Part shown: positions 11,445-25,997 of the stretch, one piece after another
Layout of the letters: the number at the start of each line of letters is the position of its first letter
Numbering within the stretch: position 1 is the first letter of the stretch
Assembly: GCA_964016885.1 (NCBI GenBank)
Contig: OZ024743.1
Coordinates: 24,304,001-24,368,000 of the forward strand
Origin: Eledone cirrhosa
Lineage: Eukaryota
Direction: 5' to 3'
Length of the DNA stretch: 64,000 nt
Position numbers and translations under genes: made by a program
The notes under the pieces: model-generated
What the model was told of the DNA's origin: nothing
Seen by the model: only the letters and a program-made list of their open reading frames with translations
Databases searched by the model: none

Positions 11445-13500
11445 GTTTCGTGGGAGTAAATTAAGGAGAGGGAGGTTTCGTGGGAGTAAATTAATGACAG
11501 GGGGGTTTCGTGGGAGTAAATTAATGACAGGGAGGTTTCGTGGGAGTAAATTAATAAGAGGGGGGTTTCGTGGGAGTAAATTAATGACAGGGAGGTTTCG
11601 TGGGAGTAAATTAATGACAGGGAGGTTTCGTGGGAGTAAATTAATAAGAGGGGGGTTTCGTGGGAGTAAATTAATGACAGAGAGGTTTCGTGGGGGTAAA
11701 TTAATGACAGGGAGGTTTCGTGGGAGTAAATTAATAAGAGGGGGGTTTCGTGGGAGTAAATTAATGACAGAGAGGTTTCGTGGGAGTAAATTAATGACAG
11801 GGAGGTTTCGTGGGAGTAAATTAATGACAGGGGGGTTTCGTGGGAGTAAATTAATGACAGGGAGGTTTCGTGGGAGTAAATTAATAAGAGGGGGGTTTCG
11901 TGGGAGTAAATTAATGACAGGGAGGTTTCGTGGGAGTAAATTAATAAGAGGGGGGTTTCGTGGGAGTAAATTAATGACAGGGAGGTTTCGTGGGAGTAAA
12001 TTAATGACAGGGGGTTTCGTGGGAGTAAATTAAGGAGAGGGAGGTTTCGTGGGAGTAAATTAATGACAGGGAGGTTTCGTGGGAGTAAATTAATAAGAGG
12101 GGGGTTTCGTGGGAGTAAATTAATGACAGGGAGGTTTCGTGGGAGTAAATTAATGACAGGGGGTTTCGTGGGAGTAAATTAATGACAGGGAGGTTTCGTG
12201 GGAGTAAATTAATGACAGGGGGTTTCGTGGGAGTAAATTAATGACAGGGAGGTTTCGTGGGAGTAAATTAATGACAGGGGGTTTCGTGGGAGTAAATTAA
12301 TGACAGGGAGGTTTCGTGGGAGTAAATTAATGACAGAGAGGTTTCGTGGGTGTAAATTAATGACAGGGAGGTTTCGTGGGAGTAAATTAATGACAGGGAG
12401 GTTTCGTGGGAGTAAATTAATGACAGGGAGGTTTCGTGGGAGTAAATTAATGACAGAGGGGTTTCGTGGGAGTAAATTAATGACAGGGAGGTTTCGTGGA
12501 AGTAAATTAATGACAGAGAGGTTTCGTGGGAGTAAATTAATGACAGGGAGGTTTCGTGGGAGTAAATTAATGACAGGGAGGTTTCGTGGGAGTAAATTAA
12601 TGACAGGGAGGTTTCGTGGGAGTAAATTAATAAGAGGGGGGTTTCGTGGGAGTAAATTAATGACAGGGAGGTTTCGTGGGAGTAAATTAATAAGAGGGGG
12701 GTTTCGTGGGAGTAAATTAATGACAGGGAGGTTTCGTGGGAGTAAATTAATAAGAGGGGGGTTTCGTGGGAGTAAATTAATGACAGGGAGGTTTCGTGGG
12801 AGTAAATTAATGACAGAGGGGTTTCGTGGGAGTAAATTAATGACAGAGGGGTTTCGTGGGAGTAAATTAATGACAGAGGGGTTTCGTGGGAGTAAATTAA
12901 TGACAGGGTGGTTTCGTGGGAGTAAATTAATGACAGAGAGGTTTCGTGGGAGTAAATTAATGACAGGGAGGTTTCGTGGGAGTAAATTAATGACAGGGAG
13001 GTTTCGTGGGAGTAAATTAATGACAGGGAGGTTTCGTGGGAGTAAATTAATAAGAGGGGGGTTTCGTGGGAGTAAATTAATGACAGGGAGGTTTCGTGGG
13101 AGTAAATTAATGACAGAGGGGTTTCGTGGGAGTAAATTAATGACAGAGGGGTTTCGTGGAAGTAAATTAATGACAGAGAGGTTTCGTGGGAGTAAATTAA
13201 TGACAGAGGGGTTTCGTGGGAGTAAATTAATGACAGAGGGGTTTCGTGGGAGTAAATTAATGACAGAGGGGTTTCGTGGGAGTAAATTAATGACAGGGAG
13301 GTTTCGTGGGAGTAAATTAATGACAGGGGGTTTCGTGGGAGTAAATTAATAACAGAGAGGTTTCGTGGGAGTAAATTAATAAGAGGGGGGTTTCGTGGGA
13401 GTAAATTAATGACAGAGAGGTTTCGTGGGAGTAAATTAATAAGAGGGGGGTTTCGTGGGAGTAAATTAATGACAGAGAGGTTTCGTGGGAGTAAATTAAT
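11445..13500. repeat. 30-bp minisatellite, ~68 copies
   Basis: Unit gtttcgtgggagtaaattaatgacagggag with a few recurring variants and occasional 29-bp units. Confidence 0.97.
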
Positions 13501-14994
13501 AGATGATACTTTGAGTAATGTGACACCAGCCTCGTTTTCGATAACGTGATAATGGTTATAACGAATTCTTCTTCTTCTTCTTCTTCTTCTTCTTCTTCTT
13601 CTTCTTCTTCTTCTTCTTCTTCTTCTTCTTCTTCCAACAATTCCATCACAGATATTTTCCCCATTGTATCTATAAAACGTTTGTCGATCTTTCCGTTCTT
13701 CCCTCTTTCACACTTTAACTCACTCTTTCTCTCTCATAAGGCCTTACACTATGTCTATCTACGGCAATGCCTGCCTCACTCTGCTTTTTACTATCTCCCT
13801 CAGCAATTCTCGTTTGATCCACGTTCTCTTATTCTTTTTCACATTGTGTTCTCGTTCTCTATCTCTCCCTTTCTTTCTATCTCTCTCCCTCTCTCTTTTC
13901 CTTTTTACTTTTCTTTAATAAGAGTTTCTCTCTCAAGCTATCAATTTCTCATCTCTCTCTCTCTCCCTCTTTCTCTCCCAATGTCTCTCTTTCTGTCTCT
14001 ATCTCTTTCTCTCTTTCTCCCTCTCTCTCTCTGTCGCCCCCCTCTCTCTTTCCCTCCCTATGTCTCTCTCTCACGTGCGCATTATCTCTCACACAGACGT
14101 TCTTGCTGTATCGTTATCTCTCTCACACTCTCACTTCTCACCGTTAGTTTGTTGGTTAAATATAGTTTTACTGTTTGTTGTCTTCATTTTTGTTATTATT
14201 GTAGTTAGTGTTGTGTCCCCCTCTTTTGTACCCTTAATTCTCCAGAAACACGAGTTCCTAGAAGACTACCTTTAAAGAACCTCTTCTCTTCCGTAATCTC
14301 ATCTAACAGTCTGTACTTCTACCTCTCCCCTTCTCTTCCTTCTATCATTCTCCGTTTGTATCTTGTCTTTCTGCCTCTATGTCCGTCTGTCAGTTCGCTG
14401 CTCTGCCGGACAGTCCAACCAAAAATGTCACCACTGATAATTGAGAATAATTCCTAATTTGATTCGATTCTCAGGCTATTTTATATATTTATTTATCCAG
14501 TCAGCTTTTCTTTCTCCTTCCATCGCTCCCCTTCTCCTTGCCCTTCTTCCTGTCTCTCTTCACCTCTACCATATATCTCACTCTTTCTCAATGTCTGGTG
14601 CCTTTCCCCACTCTCACCATGCATCTCTTTATCTCCTTGCCCTCTCACCTTCTCTCTTCCCCTCTAAGCCATCTCATTCTTTCACTGCATTTATTTTTGT
14701 TTTAGTTTTAATATTTTAATGTATTTTTCAATCTTTTCACCTTTCTGTTTGTTTGTGTGTTTATTCTGTTTGTTTGTGTGTTTATTTGTGTGTTTGTGTT
14801 CTTGTTCATTATGTTAGTTTAAGAGATAAGAGATGGAGAAAGGGTCGTGGCGGGGGGGGGGGGGTTGAAGGATAGAGAGCGAAAGTAAGTGTGTATGTGA
14901 GATGGAATGGCGAGAGGGGAATGGAGATCTAGTCAGAAATAGAGAGGACGAAAGGTGAAGAAAGAGAGGAACGGGCAATGTGGTGATGTCGAGT

Positions 14995-15127
14995 GAGGGA
15001 GAGAGAGAGAATGCAATTCCAAGATAGAGAGAGGGAGAAAGAGAGAGAGAATGCAATTCAAAGATAGATAGAGAGATAGAGAGATAGAGAGAGAGAGAGG
15101 GAGAAAGAGAGAGAGAATGCAATTCAA

Positions 15128-15159
<32 letters not shown>

Positions 15160-15315
15160 AATGCAATTCGACGATGGAGAGAGGGTGAGAGAGAGAGAGA
15201 ATGCAATTCGAAAAATGGAGAGAGGGAGAACGAGAATGCAATTCGAAGATGGAGGGAGAGAAAGAGAGAGAGAGAAAGATTAGGAGAGAGACAGAATGCA
15301 ATTCAAAGATAGAGA
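14995..15315. repeat. GA-rich irregular minisatellite with recurring gagaatgcaattc anchor (~7 copies)
   Basis: Direct reading. Confidence 0.75.
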
Positions 15316-18300
15316 GAAAGACAGACAACAAGACATAGATAGAGAGACACATGGATAGCAATACAAGTGATGTTTTTAGCTATATTCGTTTGTTCCCATG
15401 GGTGAATGTTCTTCAGCACGATTGTTATCAGACTCGGATCGCTCCGGTGATTATTTTTTCCCGCGCATGAACAGCTTATTGGGTGTCGGTGTCGCCACCT
15501 ACAGGATAGAACTGATCATAGAGATGTCAGTGTCCATGAGGTACACGTCGTTGATCTGAAAGCACTTCATACTAATAATGGCCGACACTTACATGCTAAA
15601 TTCATGATTATCGTCACTGAACAACAACGAAACCTTTCCCTTCCTCCATTTTTCTACAAGCTCTCATCTTCTCGCTTTCGCTCTCTTTTCTCGCTCTCTT
15701 TCGCTTGCCTTTTATTTTACCTTTTTTTTCTCTCTTTCTTCGTTTGCTAGTCACCTAGCTGGCTGTCGGGCTAACTAATTGCTTTCAAATAATAAGGAAG
15801 CGGTCTTACGATCTAATTTGTGTCTAGCAATCGAGTCAAAATCATAACACAAAGGCAAGGGAGGTAGAAATTACGCTTGTGTTATGATTATTAGGCTCCA
15901 GCAAAAAGGCGAAGCATGTGTGTGTAAATACGTTAATATGTGAAGTGGATTTCATTGAGTTTGTGTATATCATTGATATCATAATTGTATCAACGTGTCA
16001 ACTTTTGTACGTAGACTCAAATTTCTTTCGGATGCTCGCATATGTTTTTGTAATGCGCTTTATATTCACACCGAAACCTTGCTTAAGAAAAAAACAAATA
16101 TTTCATTAGTGTTCAATCCCAGGTCTTTTTATTTCGATATATGTTTTACTCATTGCCAATATTACTTCGGCCCCAGTCTTATTTCATTGACCTTTGAAGA
16201 ATGAAGAGCGAAAGTGATGGGGTTCGAACTTATAATATAAAAGAATACAACCCCATACCACGTGGTATTTTCCGATACTTTACCGATTCTATGAACCCCA
16301 CTAACAATGCAATTGTTTTATCATATAATTTGTCTTCCCAATATCAACTTCTCTATTCCAGGATATTACATTTTTAAAAAAAATTACACTCTTATATTGG
16401 CCCCAAATCAAAAATATATGAAATTCTTGCTGCAGCCTTCAACTGCATAGGGCTCTTATGAAGCCACACCTCGTTAGTTTTGTGAGTTCGCTGGAGATTC
16501 ATGAGCAGTGTCTTTTAACTTGAATTTATTAAGGTGAAGAATTTGAAGGACGCAAGAGTCGGAATAGATAGCGCAAGGCATCTCGTCAGACGCTCAATTC
16601 AGGAAATCCATTGCCTCGGAACAATATGTTATTTGTTCCGAGATGGATTCGTTGGAGGTGCTGTTGTGAAATACTTACCTTGGGCATGTAAAACCAGGTT
16701 TGCACAGAGAAATAGAAGAGAAAGCAAGGGAGCGAGAAGGAGAGAAGAAACGTGAGTGAGTAATTGAAAGGAAGTGAAAAACAGGAAGAATTGACTCCTG
16801 TATTTGATTGGTACTTTTTTATCGACCTGGAAAGTATGAAAGACAATGATGACTTTGTGAGTATTATTTATCGACTCAGAAGATATGAAAGACAAAACAG
16901 AAGCTGATGAATTTTTAACTAAAATCCACAGAGAGCCGAACAAATAGCGTGTCTTTCTATCCGACACTCTAATGAATTTGTTGCATCGTATAAGAGAGCA
17001 ATAACCGATTGAAACTTAGACTGTATATTACTAGTGTTTATTTTATCCATCGCAGGCCTATACAAAGCCAAGTCGATCTGAGCATGATATGCCCTGACAG
17101 CATAAAATTATGTATATCATTATTTCGAGCATTCTTTCAATTCTGCCAATCGCTGTTCCAACTGTATTATAAATTTTTAGCAAGTTCATCATGTACGACA
17201 TTTTCTGGTGGAGGTAATAGCCGATTATATCGACTTCGATACTTGTACTTATATTAACAATACAGAAATATTGATATCAAAGTCGACCTCAGCAAAATTA
17301 GATATTTGTACGTAAAGGGAGGTAACTAAAGGTCGCAAGGCATTTAGTCTGCCTCTCTCGCCTTTGTTTTGATTCCGATTCAATGATAACTCTAACAATA
17401 TTTTCGAATGATTTGTTTTCTTTATTTAAGTTGCTTTTTCGTGTTTTTTATCCAATTTGTCAATGGCGATAAATTCATATATCCATGTACCTCGTACATT
17501 CCCCCCTTTTCTTCCTGTATATGATTCAGGTAGACTTCAATATTCTATATTGAATATTCTATTTTCTTATTTTTACTTCTATTTTCACTTTTCTCTATTT
17601 TTCTTTCTCGCTTATTTATTATATATTTTTCTTTCTCGCTTATTTATTATATAAATCTTCATTTCTTGGTCATCGGTGAAGTCAATTTTTCTGTTATCAG
17701 AGAATTTTCACAAGGTACAATAATACGTATTTTGCAACACTGAAAAAACTACTATATAACATTTTATTGATCTTACTAACACATAGGATAACAAGTTATT
17801 TTACATTTTAGTGTCATTTAACCAACTGTGTGCAAATTGATTGTATCCAGTTGTCAGTTGTGTGATAGTCTGTAGCCCTTAACTCCCAAATATTTCAGTA
17901 CATGCGTGCATGCGTGCATATATGGCCCCGTACATCATGAGGGAGTTGTAGATGCGCCATACTAACATACAGCGTTTCTTATGGCATTTTAAAAACCTGG
18001 CGGAGTCCATCACCGCTCCAGGTCTGAATACAGTAGATTTCTTCCAGAGAAGTATAGAGAGTTAGAGAACTGAGGTGGAAAAATATTTAGAAGAAGAAAT
18101 AGATTAGTATATTTTAAATTGAACTAAAGTGGGTGAAAGACAAAGTTGACGTTGGCGGGATTTGAACTCGGAGCACAGGGAACGAATATCCCAAATCATT
18201 CCATCAGACTTTCTAACGACTCTGCCATCTCACAAATGTCCCCGTACATATAACTATATATATAGCACAGCTTATGAAAAGCCACTCACTGCTCAGAGCA

Positions 18301-18842
18301 ACGCCAGCAGCAAATAAGTGATTAGTTTGCAGATTTCGAATTCTACGATAGGCCAGCGTCGTAACCAGAGGGAGATTTTTCTCATAGCCACTAAGTTTAG
18401 TGCTACAAACTTGTAGATAAACACAAAGCCATATGAATCATTGTGATTCAGAAAGGACAAGCTTATTTAACCGGCAAATTTATTGTTCTTATTTTTACCA
18501 TTTATGTTATCGTTTAGTTATCTGTGGAATCATCCAGATGTCAATAGACGTATTGTTACTTTAAATTTCACTAACCATATGTATCCATCTCTGTCTATCT
18601 GCCAGTCTCTCCCTCTCGCTTACTCTCCCTATATATATGCATCTTTCTAATTATACTCATCTGTCAGTTTCTTTTATTGTTTATAGGGCTGTGAAACTTT
18701 TTGTTTTCTGATTCTTTTACATGTCTATCTCTGATCATTTCCTCAGGCATATTGCATTTCATAATACTTCGAAACAGGGTCTTACATAGCACTGTCATTC
18801 ACTCAATAACACCCCTCATACAGTTTATTTCTATCTCACACT

Positions 18843-18905
<63 letters not shown>

Positions 18906-19111
18906 ATTTAAGTATTTATCCTCGCCATCTAAATTTCCGTAATTTTTTTTTTTATCGTCTTGTAAAATACTCTAGGACAGCGTTTGACTAGCATGTGAGA
19001 CACTGTGACCCCAACTGTGACAGTCAATTTCATTTGTCGATGATGGCGGAACTTTTGCACTTGCTGTCAATTTATATAAATCTATCTATCTATATATATA
19101 TATATATATAT

Positions 19112-19296
19112 AATTGTTTCTACATTTGGCACAAAGCCAGCAATTACCCAGTACATTACTGGTACTTTATTTTATTGACTCCGTAAGGATGAAAGGCAAA
19201 GTTAACCTCGGCAGGATTTGAACTCAGATCGTAAGGGGACGTAACTATGCTGGAAAGCATGTCCGACCCTCTACCGATACTGCCAATTCACCGCCC
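19112..19296 (-). mobile_element. SINE family 1
   Basis: Reverse complement of the 706-895 type. Confidence 0.85.
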
Positions 19297-19478
19297 TTAT
19301 ATATATATAATATAGTAAATTCCAGAATGATAGGAAACTTATGGTGTTCTGTGTTGCTAATGGAGAACAGCATTCATTTTATTCAATGCTATCGAACTCA
19401 GTACACAGTTCAGTCTTTTCTTTTGGCGATCAGTATTTATCGAATCATTAAGTTACAATGTTAAAACAACGGTGGTAC

Positions 19479-19582
<104 letters not shown>

Positions 19583-19700
19583 CACACACACACGCACGCA
19601 CACACACACGCACACACATACAAGCACGCACAAACAAATACATACACACACACACTCAAACACATACAAGCACGCACAAACAAATACATATATATATATG

Positions 19701-20395
19701 GGGGCTTCATCTCGACTTTGAGGACTGCCACCACCTGATCTCCCTTTCACACATGGGTGGCATGATTATGACTCTTTAGTCTTACCCAGGGATTTACATT
19801 CCTTTCTTCACATAATGTTTTGTTTTTGGTTAATTCTCAAATGACGTTGGGGTCCATCAGCCGAGGAACATTGTTTTCCACACTTCTGGCAAGAGGAAAT
19901 GCCAAATGGACTAAAATCGGCAATAATGGCTTCTATGAAGGCTTTTAAGACCCGCTTTCATGAGGCAAATCTGGCCACACTTATTGCACATAAAGTCATT
20001 TTGGGTAATTGAAAATCCAGATAAAGCAATATCGTGTAGACCTTACGTAGACCCCCCCCCCACACGCCACATTTTAATTTTTCGTGCTCCACCGACTTTA
20101 CCATTTTCCATTAAACGCTGTTTTCCTCCAAGATGATCGATCTAAGTCAATATTTCCCCTGTTATCTTCTCTGATTTTTTACTTTATCAAAGTACTTTTT
20201 ATGCAGTCTTTATATATGAGTTTTGGTTTAAACCTTGGCCGTTTGCCATTAACTAACTCCCCGTACAGTAACTGGAATTCAATGATCTGGCATTCTTACA
20301 ACATGGTCGCTCCTGCACAATCTATATTGAATTATGAGAGATTCAATACTTCAGCCCTCCTCAACAAATCTAGTTTCAGACAAAGCTACAACAGG
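19701..20395 (-). mobile_element. Older RTE LINE 3' end with zinc-finger tail
   Basis: Minus strand: QLLYGELVNGKRPRFKPKLIYKDCIK...DRSSWRK; CNKCGQICLMKAGLKS; CQKCGKQCSSADGPQRHLR. Confidence 0.65.
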
Positions 20396-20547
20396 GCAAG
20401 ACGATATAGGTTCACGGTCTAACAATCACCCTCCTCACACATCAAGCTGGGTGATATCGCCGGTTTAGTTGCCAGCCACCCGATCATGTGACAGGTTGTA
20501 TTAGGCTACAGGTTAGTAGTATCGCTCTTACATACATACATGCAATC

Positions 20548-21014
20548 ATGATGGCTGCCCCCTCGTTATCGAGTATGGACATTGCACGATAAAAAAAACA
20601 TACGTATATAATAATAATTAACGGTATTGCGATCGAATGTGGCTTTTTAGCCCAGCCAATGATCTAAAATGTCTTGCACGAAGTTGGCAACCATGATATA
20701 AATATTGACTGGCAATAACCGGCTGTGGTTGCTCTTCATGTCCTTTTGAATGTCGTTTAAGCCCTCCTGTTCATCTACACTCTTTTCCACAAGCTTGACA
20801 GGTATGATGAGTAGCATCTCCGACAGCAGCCAGGTAGTCAACTACTGGTCTCCCTTTATGACTGCGAAGACGACTTTTGAGTCCAGGTTTGCTGAGGCAG
20901 AATCTTGCACAGACGCTGCATGTCAGCACCATCGGGGACTTTTGCTGTCTGAAAATGTAACAGCAATTCTTTTCCTAACATCCTTTTTTACTTTCTCGTA
21001 TGCGATTCGAGATG
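20548..21014 (-). mobile_element. RTE LINE 3' end, same family as 5371-6410
   Basis: SRIAYEKVKKDVRK and the same terminal hairpin; (CATA)n flanks. Confidence 0.8.
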
Positions 21015-21702
21015 CATACATACATACATACATACATACATACATACATACATACATACATACATACATACATACATACAAAATGTATACATACCTACAT
21101 ACATACCTACATACATAGTAAATGTATGCATTCATACATAGGTACGTACACACAGATAAATACACACACATACATGCATACATACATACATACGTACATA
21201 CATACATATATACATACATACGTATGTAAAGCAATTGTTGAGCAGAATGTTAACATCATGCTAAATATTAGTGAAAAAGATAAGATCAATGCCAGCTTAA
21301 TTGGAAACCCGGAGTTATTCCGCTCAGAAATTTACGTAATCATTAGGACATATGTTTATCTATGCAATTACCTCAGCCCCAAACGTGAGGAACTGGCAAT
21401 CACAAATCGAGAAATGACACGATTAATTAGGTAATTACACCTACATTTATTAAAGGAAGCGTAAAATTATGTAAAGCATTTAAGAAAATTAAAGACATAA
21501 AACGTTTGAAACTAGTCACCTACATACGCCAAATTATACAGATCTCTACATGTGTCCCTGCACGTCATATACATGCATAAGTACATACATGCACGCACTA
21601 TATACACATGCTCACATACATACATAAATACATACATGCATACATACATACATACATACATACATACATACATACATACATACATACATACATACATACA
21701 TA

Positions 21703-22229
21703 CATGGTGGCTGCCAACTCGTTTTCGAGTACGGCCACTACTTTATATCCATGTAGGAGAACCCCACGGATGACTTTTTAGTCCAGCCAGTGACTTGAAA
21801 ACTCTGGTACAAACACTACACTTGTGACAATTATTGACACATAGTGCTGGACCCATGGTACCATGAGCAAAGGCACTGCACAAAGCCAGTCCCACTCTCT
21901 TAACCAAGATGATATTTACCAAAAAGAAGAACAAGTCAACATCATTGGATACCATCAGGGTTGCAGGTGTTATATCAGAGTTTTCCTTCTAGAATTCTGC
22001 CTTGACAAAGGCTAAGGGGTCATCTCTCCCGGTGATTTTGGATGGCCATTGACTCTTAAGAACTCCTTTGCCCTTTGACAGGTTTTGATTTTAGTCCCGC
22101 AGGATGTCCAAAGTCACCCTCCTCACCAAGAAACCTTGGTGGGGTTGCCAGTTTAGTCGCCAACGACCCGACCACGAGACAGGTTGTACTGGGATACATG
22201 TTACCAGTAGCACCAACTGGTGACCTGAC
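21703..22229 (-). mobile_element. Non-autonomous RTE-derived element with internal deletions
   Basis: Reverse complement of 45412-46021. Confidence 0.85.
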
Positions 22230-22384
22230 ATACATACATACATATACATGCATACAAATGCCTATATATTGCATGCCAATTCATAACTTTAATGGTAGAA
22301 TCACCTGCACACGTGCACATACATACATGGATGCATACATACATGCATACATACGTGCTTACATACATATTGTGTATATCTGTA

Positions 22385-22534
22385 TCGTCAGATAAAATAC
22401 ATGAATTGGTGTATGACATACCTCAACGGTCTTGATGGTTCAATTCCAGTATTGGCAGTACTGCCAATACTGGAATTGAACCATCAAGACCGTTGGAGTA
22501 TGTCATACATCAATTCATGTATTTTATCTGACGA
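22385..22534. repeat. 150-bp near-perfect palindrome with no spacer
   Basis: Centred on ggcagt|actgcc (22459/22460). Confidence 0.9.
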
Positions 22535-22585
22535 GGACGTACTGGAAAAACAGCACAGTACCTTCGAAATATATATAATAAAACA
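22520..22585 (+). ncRNA. Type I hammerhead ribozyme
   Basis: tattttat CTGACGA gga-c-gtactg-loop-cagtac-c-ttc GAAA tatata TA ataaaaca. Confidence 0.8.
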
Positions 22586-22631
22586 TATATTTTGATTATG
22601 TGAATGTCTTCATTTATTAATATTCTGAATA

Positions 22632-22692
<61 letters not shown>

Positions 22693-22693
22693 C

Positions 22694-22731
<38 letters not shown>

Positions 22732-22812
22732 CTATGTATATATATATATATATACATAGATTATATATATAGAGAGAGATTATATATATACATAGATTAT
22801 ATATATACATAG

Positions 22813-22894
<82 letters not shown>

Positions 22895-22897
<3 letters not shown>

Positions 22898-23050
22898 GGC
22901 TTCTACAGGATGAGAACTGTTTAATTCGGGAGAAATCAATGATTTCTCTCGAATGAAACAGTTCTAGTCCTGTAGAAAAATATGTATACTCTGCTATGTA
23001 TTGAGTACTTTACTTACTGTGGTTAATTCCGATTGAACCCGGGGTAAACT
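22895..23050. mobile_element. pLTR-like family D foldback (palindrome 22901-22977); related copy at ~49800-49927
   Basis: ttctacagga..agaactgttt..attcgggagaaatc aat gatttctctcgaat GAAAcagttctagtcctgtagaa. Confidence 0.6.
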
Positions 23051-24090
23051 TATATATATATATATATATATAAAAAAGCTGAAATCGAAAATGCAACTGG
23101 AGTCTTATTTTAAAAATAAAATATATATATATTTTTTAAAATAAGACTCCAGTTGCATTTTCGATTTCATCTTTTTTTCTTTATACTTTCACTCGTGTAG
23201 GACACCTCGGTTATTTTTCATTTTGTAAAAAAAACCTCACTTTCTAATATATATATATATATGCAATATATTTGTACAGTCACTCACTCTCTCTGACTGA
23301 CACACACACACACACACACACACATTGGAGATTCTTTTAACTGAGCAGTTTGCATTTTTTGGAGAACGGAATGAGTTGAGGCTTATACTATTCTATGTGG
23401 CAGGTTTTGGCATGTGTTCACTCTATATCAATACATCAATGGGACACCACATACTTCTCGAATAGGGATCTACCAGTCACACGTTTTTTCTCGAGTACTC
23501 GAATCAACACATCTTTATTAAACCTTACAAAAATCGCTAGATCCTTTTTCAATTTTCCCAATTCCTACCCATATAACTAACTATATATATCTATCAAAAT
23601 TCATCTCTCTCTGTACACCACACACACACACACACACTGACACACACATGCACTCACATACATATACATACACACAGATACACACAGATACACACACAGA
23701 CACACACAGACATATATATATGTATTAGAAATAGAATCTTTCGCCGTATTTTTGACTAAAGCTAATTTAGCTTGATAGTGGTGTTTAGGAACCCCCTAAG
23801 AAATGGAAAAAGATGAGTATTGACGTACATGTGAATCGAACCCACAATAGCGTTAAGAGCCTCTTCCTTCCATATCAAGCGTTAACCTAATATATCCCTT
23901 CCATATACTGTACCGATTGTGATGTTATTTCTGTTAACCTTTTACATATACATATGTATATATTTATATATTTATATATTTGTACACTCACTCTCTCTCT
24001 CTCGCTCTCTCACACACACACACATATGTCCCAAGGCTCTGATACCATCAACACTATAAACACAGATCTAGCATATCTAAGAACTCATTA

Positions 24091-24146
24091 ACTGCCTGAT
24101 GAGGTCATAGCCATTCAATGGCTATCATCAAAATATATATAGCAGT
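24091..24146 (+). ncRNA. Type I hammerhead ribozyme, probably inactive (GAAA>AAAA at 24130)
   Basis: actgc CTGATGA ggt-c-atagccat-tca-atggctat-c-atc AAAA tatata TA gcagt. Confidence 0.65.
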
Positions 24147-24187
24147 AAATAAAGGATCATGAGTTCATGCAATTGACTTATGTTTCG

Positions 24188-24246
<59 letters not shown>

Positions 24247-24258
24247 ATATATATATAA

Positions 24259-24337
<79 letters not shown>

Positions 24338-24429
24338 TGTGCATACAAGGATTTTCATCATTCATTTGCTCCAACATGGATGAGCTGTGGCTAAAGAACA
24401 ACACATCATTTTCGAATAACGATTACCAT

Positions 24430-25525
24430 GACCACTATCACCAGCGCCACCACCACCACCTCCACTACCACCAACCACCACCACCTCCACTACCACCAAC
24501 CACCACCACCACAACCACCACCACCACCACCACCACCTCCACTACCACCAACCACCACCACCACAACTACCACCATCACCACCACCACCACCACCTCCAC
24601 TACCACCAACCACCACCACCACCACAACCACCACCACCACCACCACCTCCACCTCCACTACCACCAACCACCACCACCACAACCACCACCACCACCACCA
24701 CCACCACCACCTACACTACCACCAACCACCACCACCACCACCACTTCCACTACCACCAACCACCACCACCACAACCACCACCACCACCACCACCACCTCC
24801 ACCTCCACTACCACCAACCACCACCACCACAACCACCACAACCACCACCACCACCACCTACACTACCACCAACCACCACCACCACCACCACTTCCACTAC
24901 CACCAACCACCACCACCACCACCACCACCACCTCCACTACAACCAACCACCACCACCACAACCACCACCACCACCACCTCCACCTCCACTACCACCAACC
25001 ACCACCACCACAACCACCACCACCACCACCTACACTACCACCAACCACCACGACCACCACCACCACTTCCACTTCCACTACCACCAACCACCACCACCAC
25101 CACCACCACCACCACCTCCACTACAACCAACCACCACCACCACAACCACCACCACCACCACCCCCAGCTCCACTACCACCAACCACCACCACCACAACCA
25201 CCACCACCACCACCTCCACCTCCACTACCACCAACCACCACCACCAACCACCACCACCACCACCACAACCACCACCACCACCACCACAACCACCAACCAC
25301 CACCACCACCACCACCACCACCTCCACTACAACCAACCACCACCACCACCACCACCACCACCACCACCACCACCACCACCACCACCACCTCCACTACCAC
25401 CAACCACCACCACCACAACCACCACCACCACCACCTCCACCTCCACTACCACCAACCACCACCACCAACCACCACCACCACCACAACCACCACCACCACC
25501 ACCACAACCACCAACCACCACCACC
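24430..25525. repeat. (ACC)n-based compound repeat with higher-order periodicity
   Basis: Recurring ctccactaccaccaaccacc blocks; the Pro/Thr/His ORFs are by-products. Confidence 0.9.
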
Positions 25526-25952
25526 TATAACGACGACAACAACATTACCAATTGCATTAACAACCACCAACAAGACAGCCACAAATATGGCTACCATTTT
25601 CCCCCCTTTGACATTACACATATCACACTATTTATGCCAACTTGCCTCAATTAAACACTCCCAGGAATAGCACTCGATACCCTCACCACAGATGGTCTTC
25701 AGAGTTAGAGTGATTAACACCTCAAACTGTTACGACGACTACCACATCGGAGCTTCATACATCCACATATATATACCTATCGACACACATTCATAGATGC
25801 ACACATATTTATATATACACGCACAAGCATATACATACACGCACTTGGATACACAAACACGGGTGTATATATATATACATATATATATATATATACATGT
25901 ATAAATGCTTATATAAAAATAAATAAATATATATATATATATATATGTATAT

Positions 25953-25997
<45 letters not shown>

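Noticed and set aside
11443-13500. CRISPR-like repeat/spacer appearance and long RGSKLMTG-repeat ORFs
   Set aside because: The 'spacers' are only 10 nt and reuse a few variants; there are no cas genes and the context is eukaryotic. The ORFs arise because the 30-bp unit lacks a stop in one frame, and 29-bp units break them.
15400-15600. Coding-looking minus-strand stretch (KCFQINDVYLMDTDISMISSIL*)
   Set aside because: Interrupted by stops and carries no motif I can assign; may be an old LINE ORF1 relic, not supportable as a host exon
24337-25654. ~400-aa Pro/Thr/His-rich extensin- or mucin-like ORFs
   Set aside because: Translations of an (ACC)n compound repeat, open in several frames, with no non-repetitive domain
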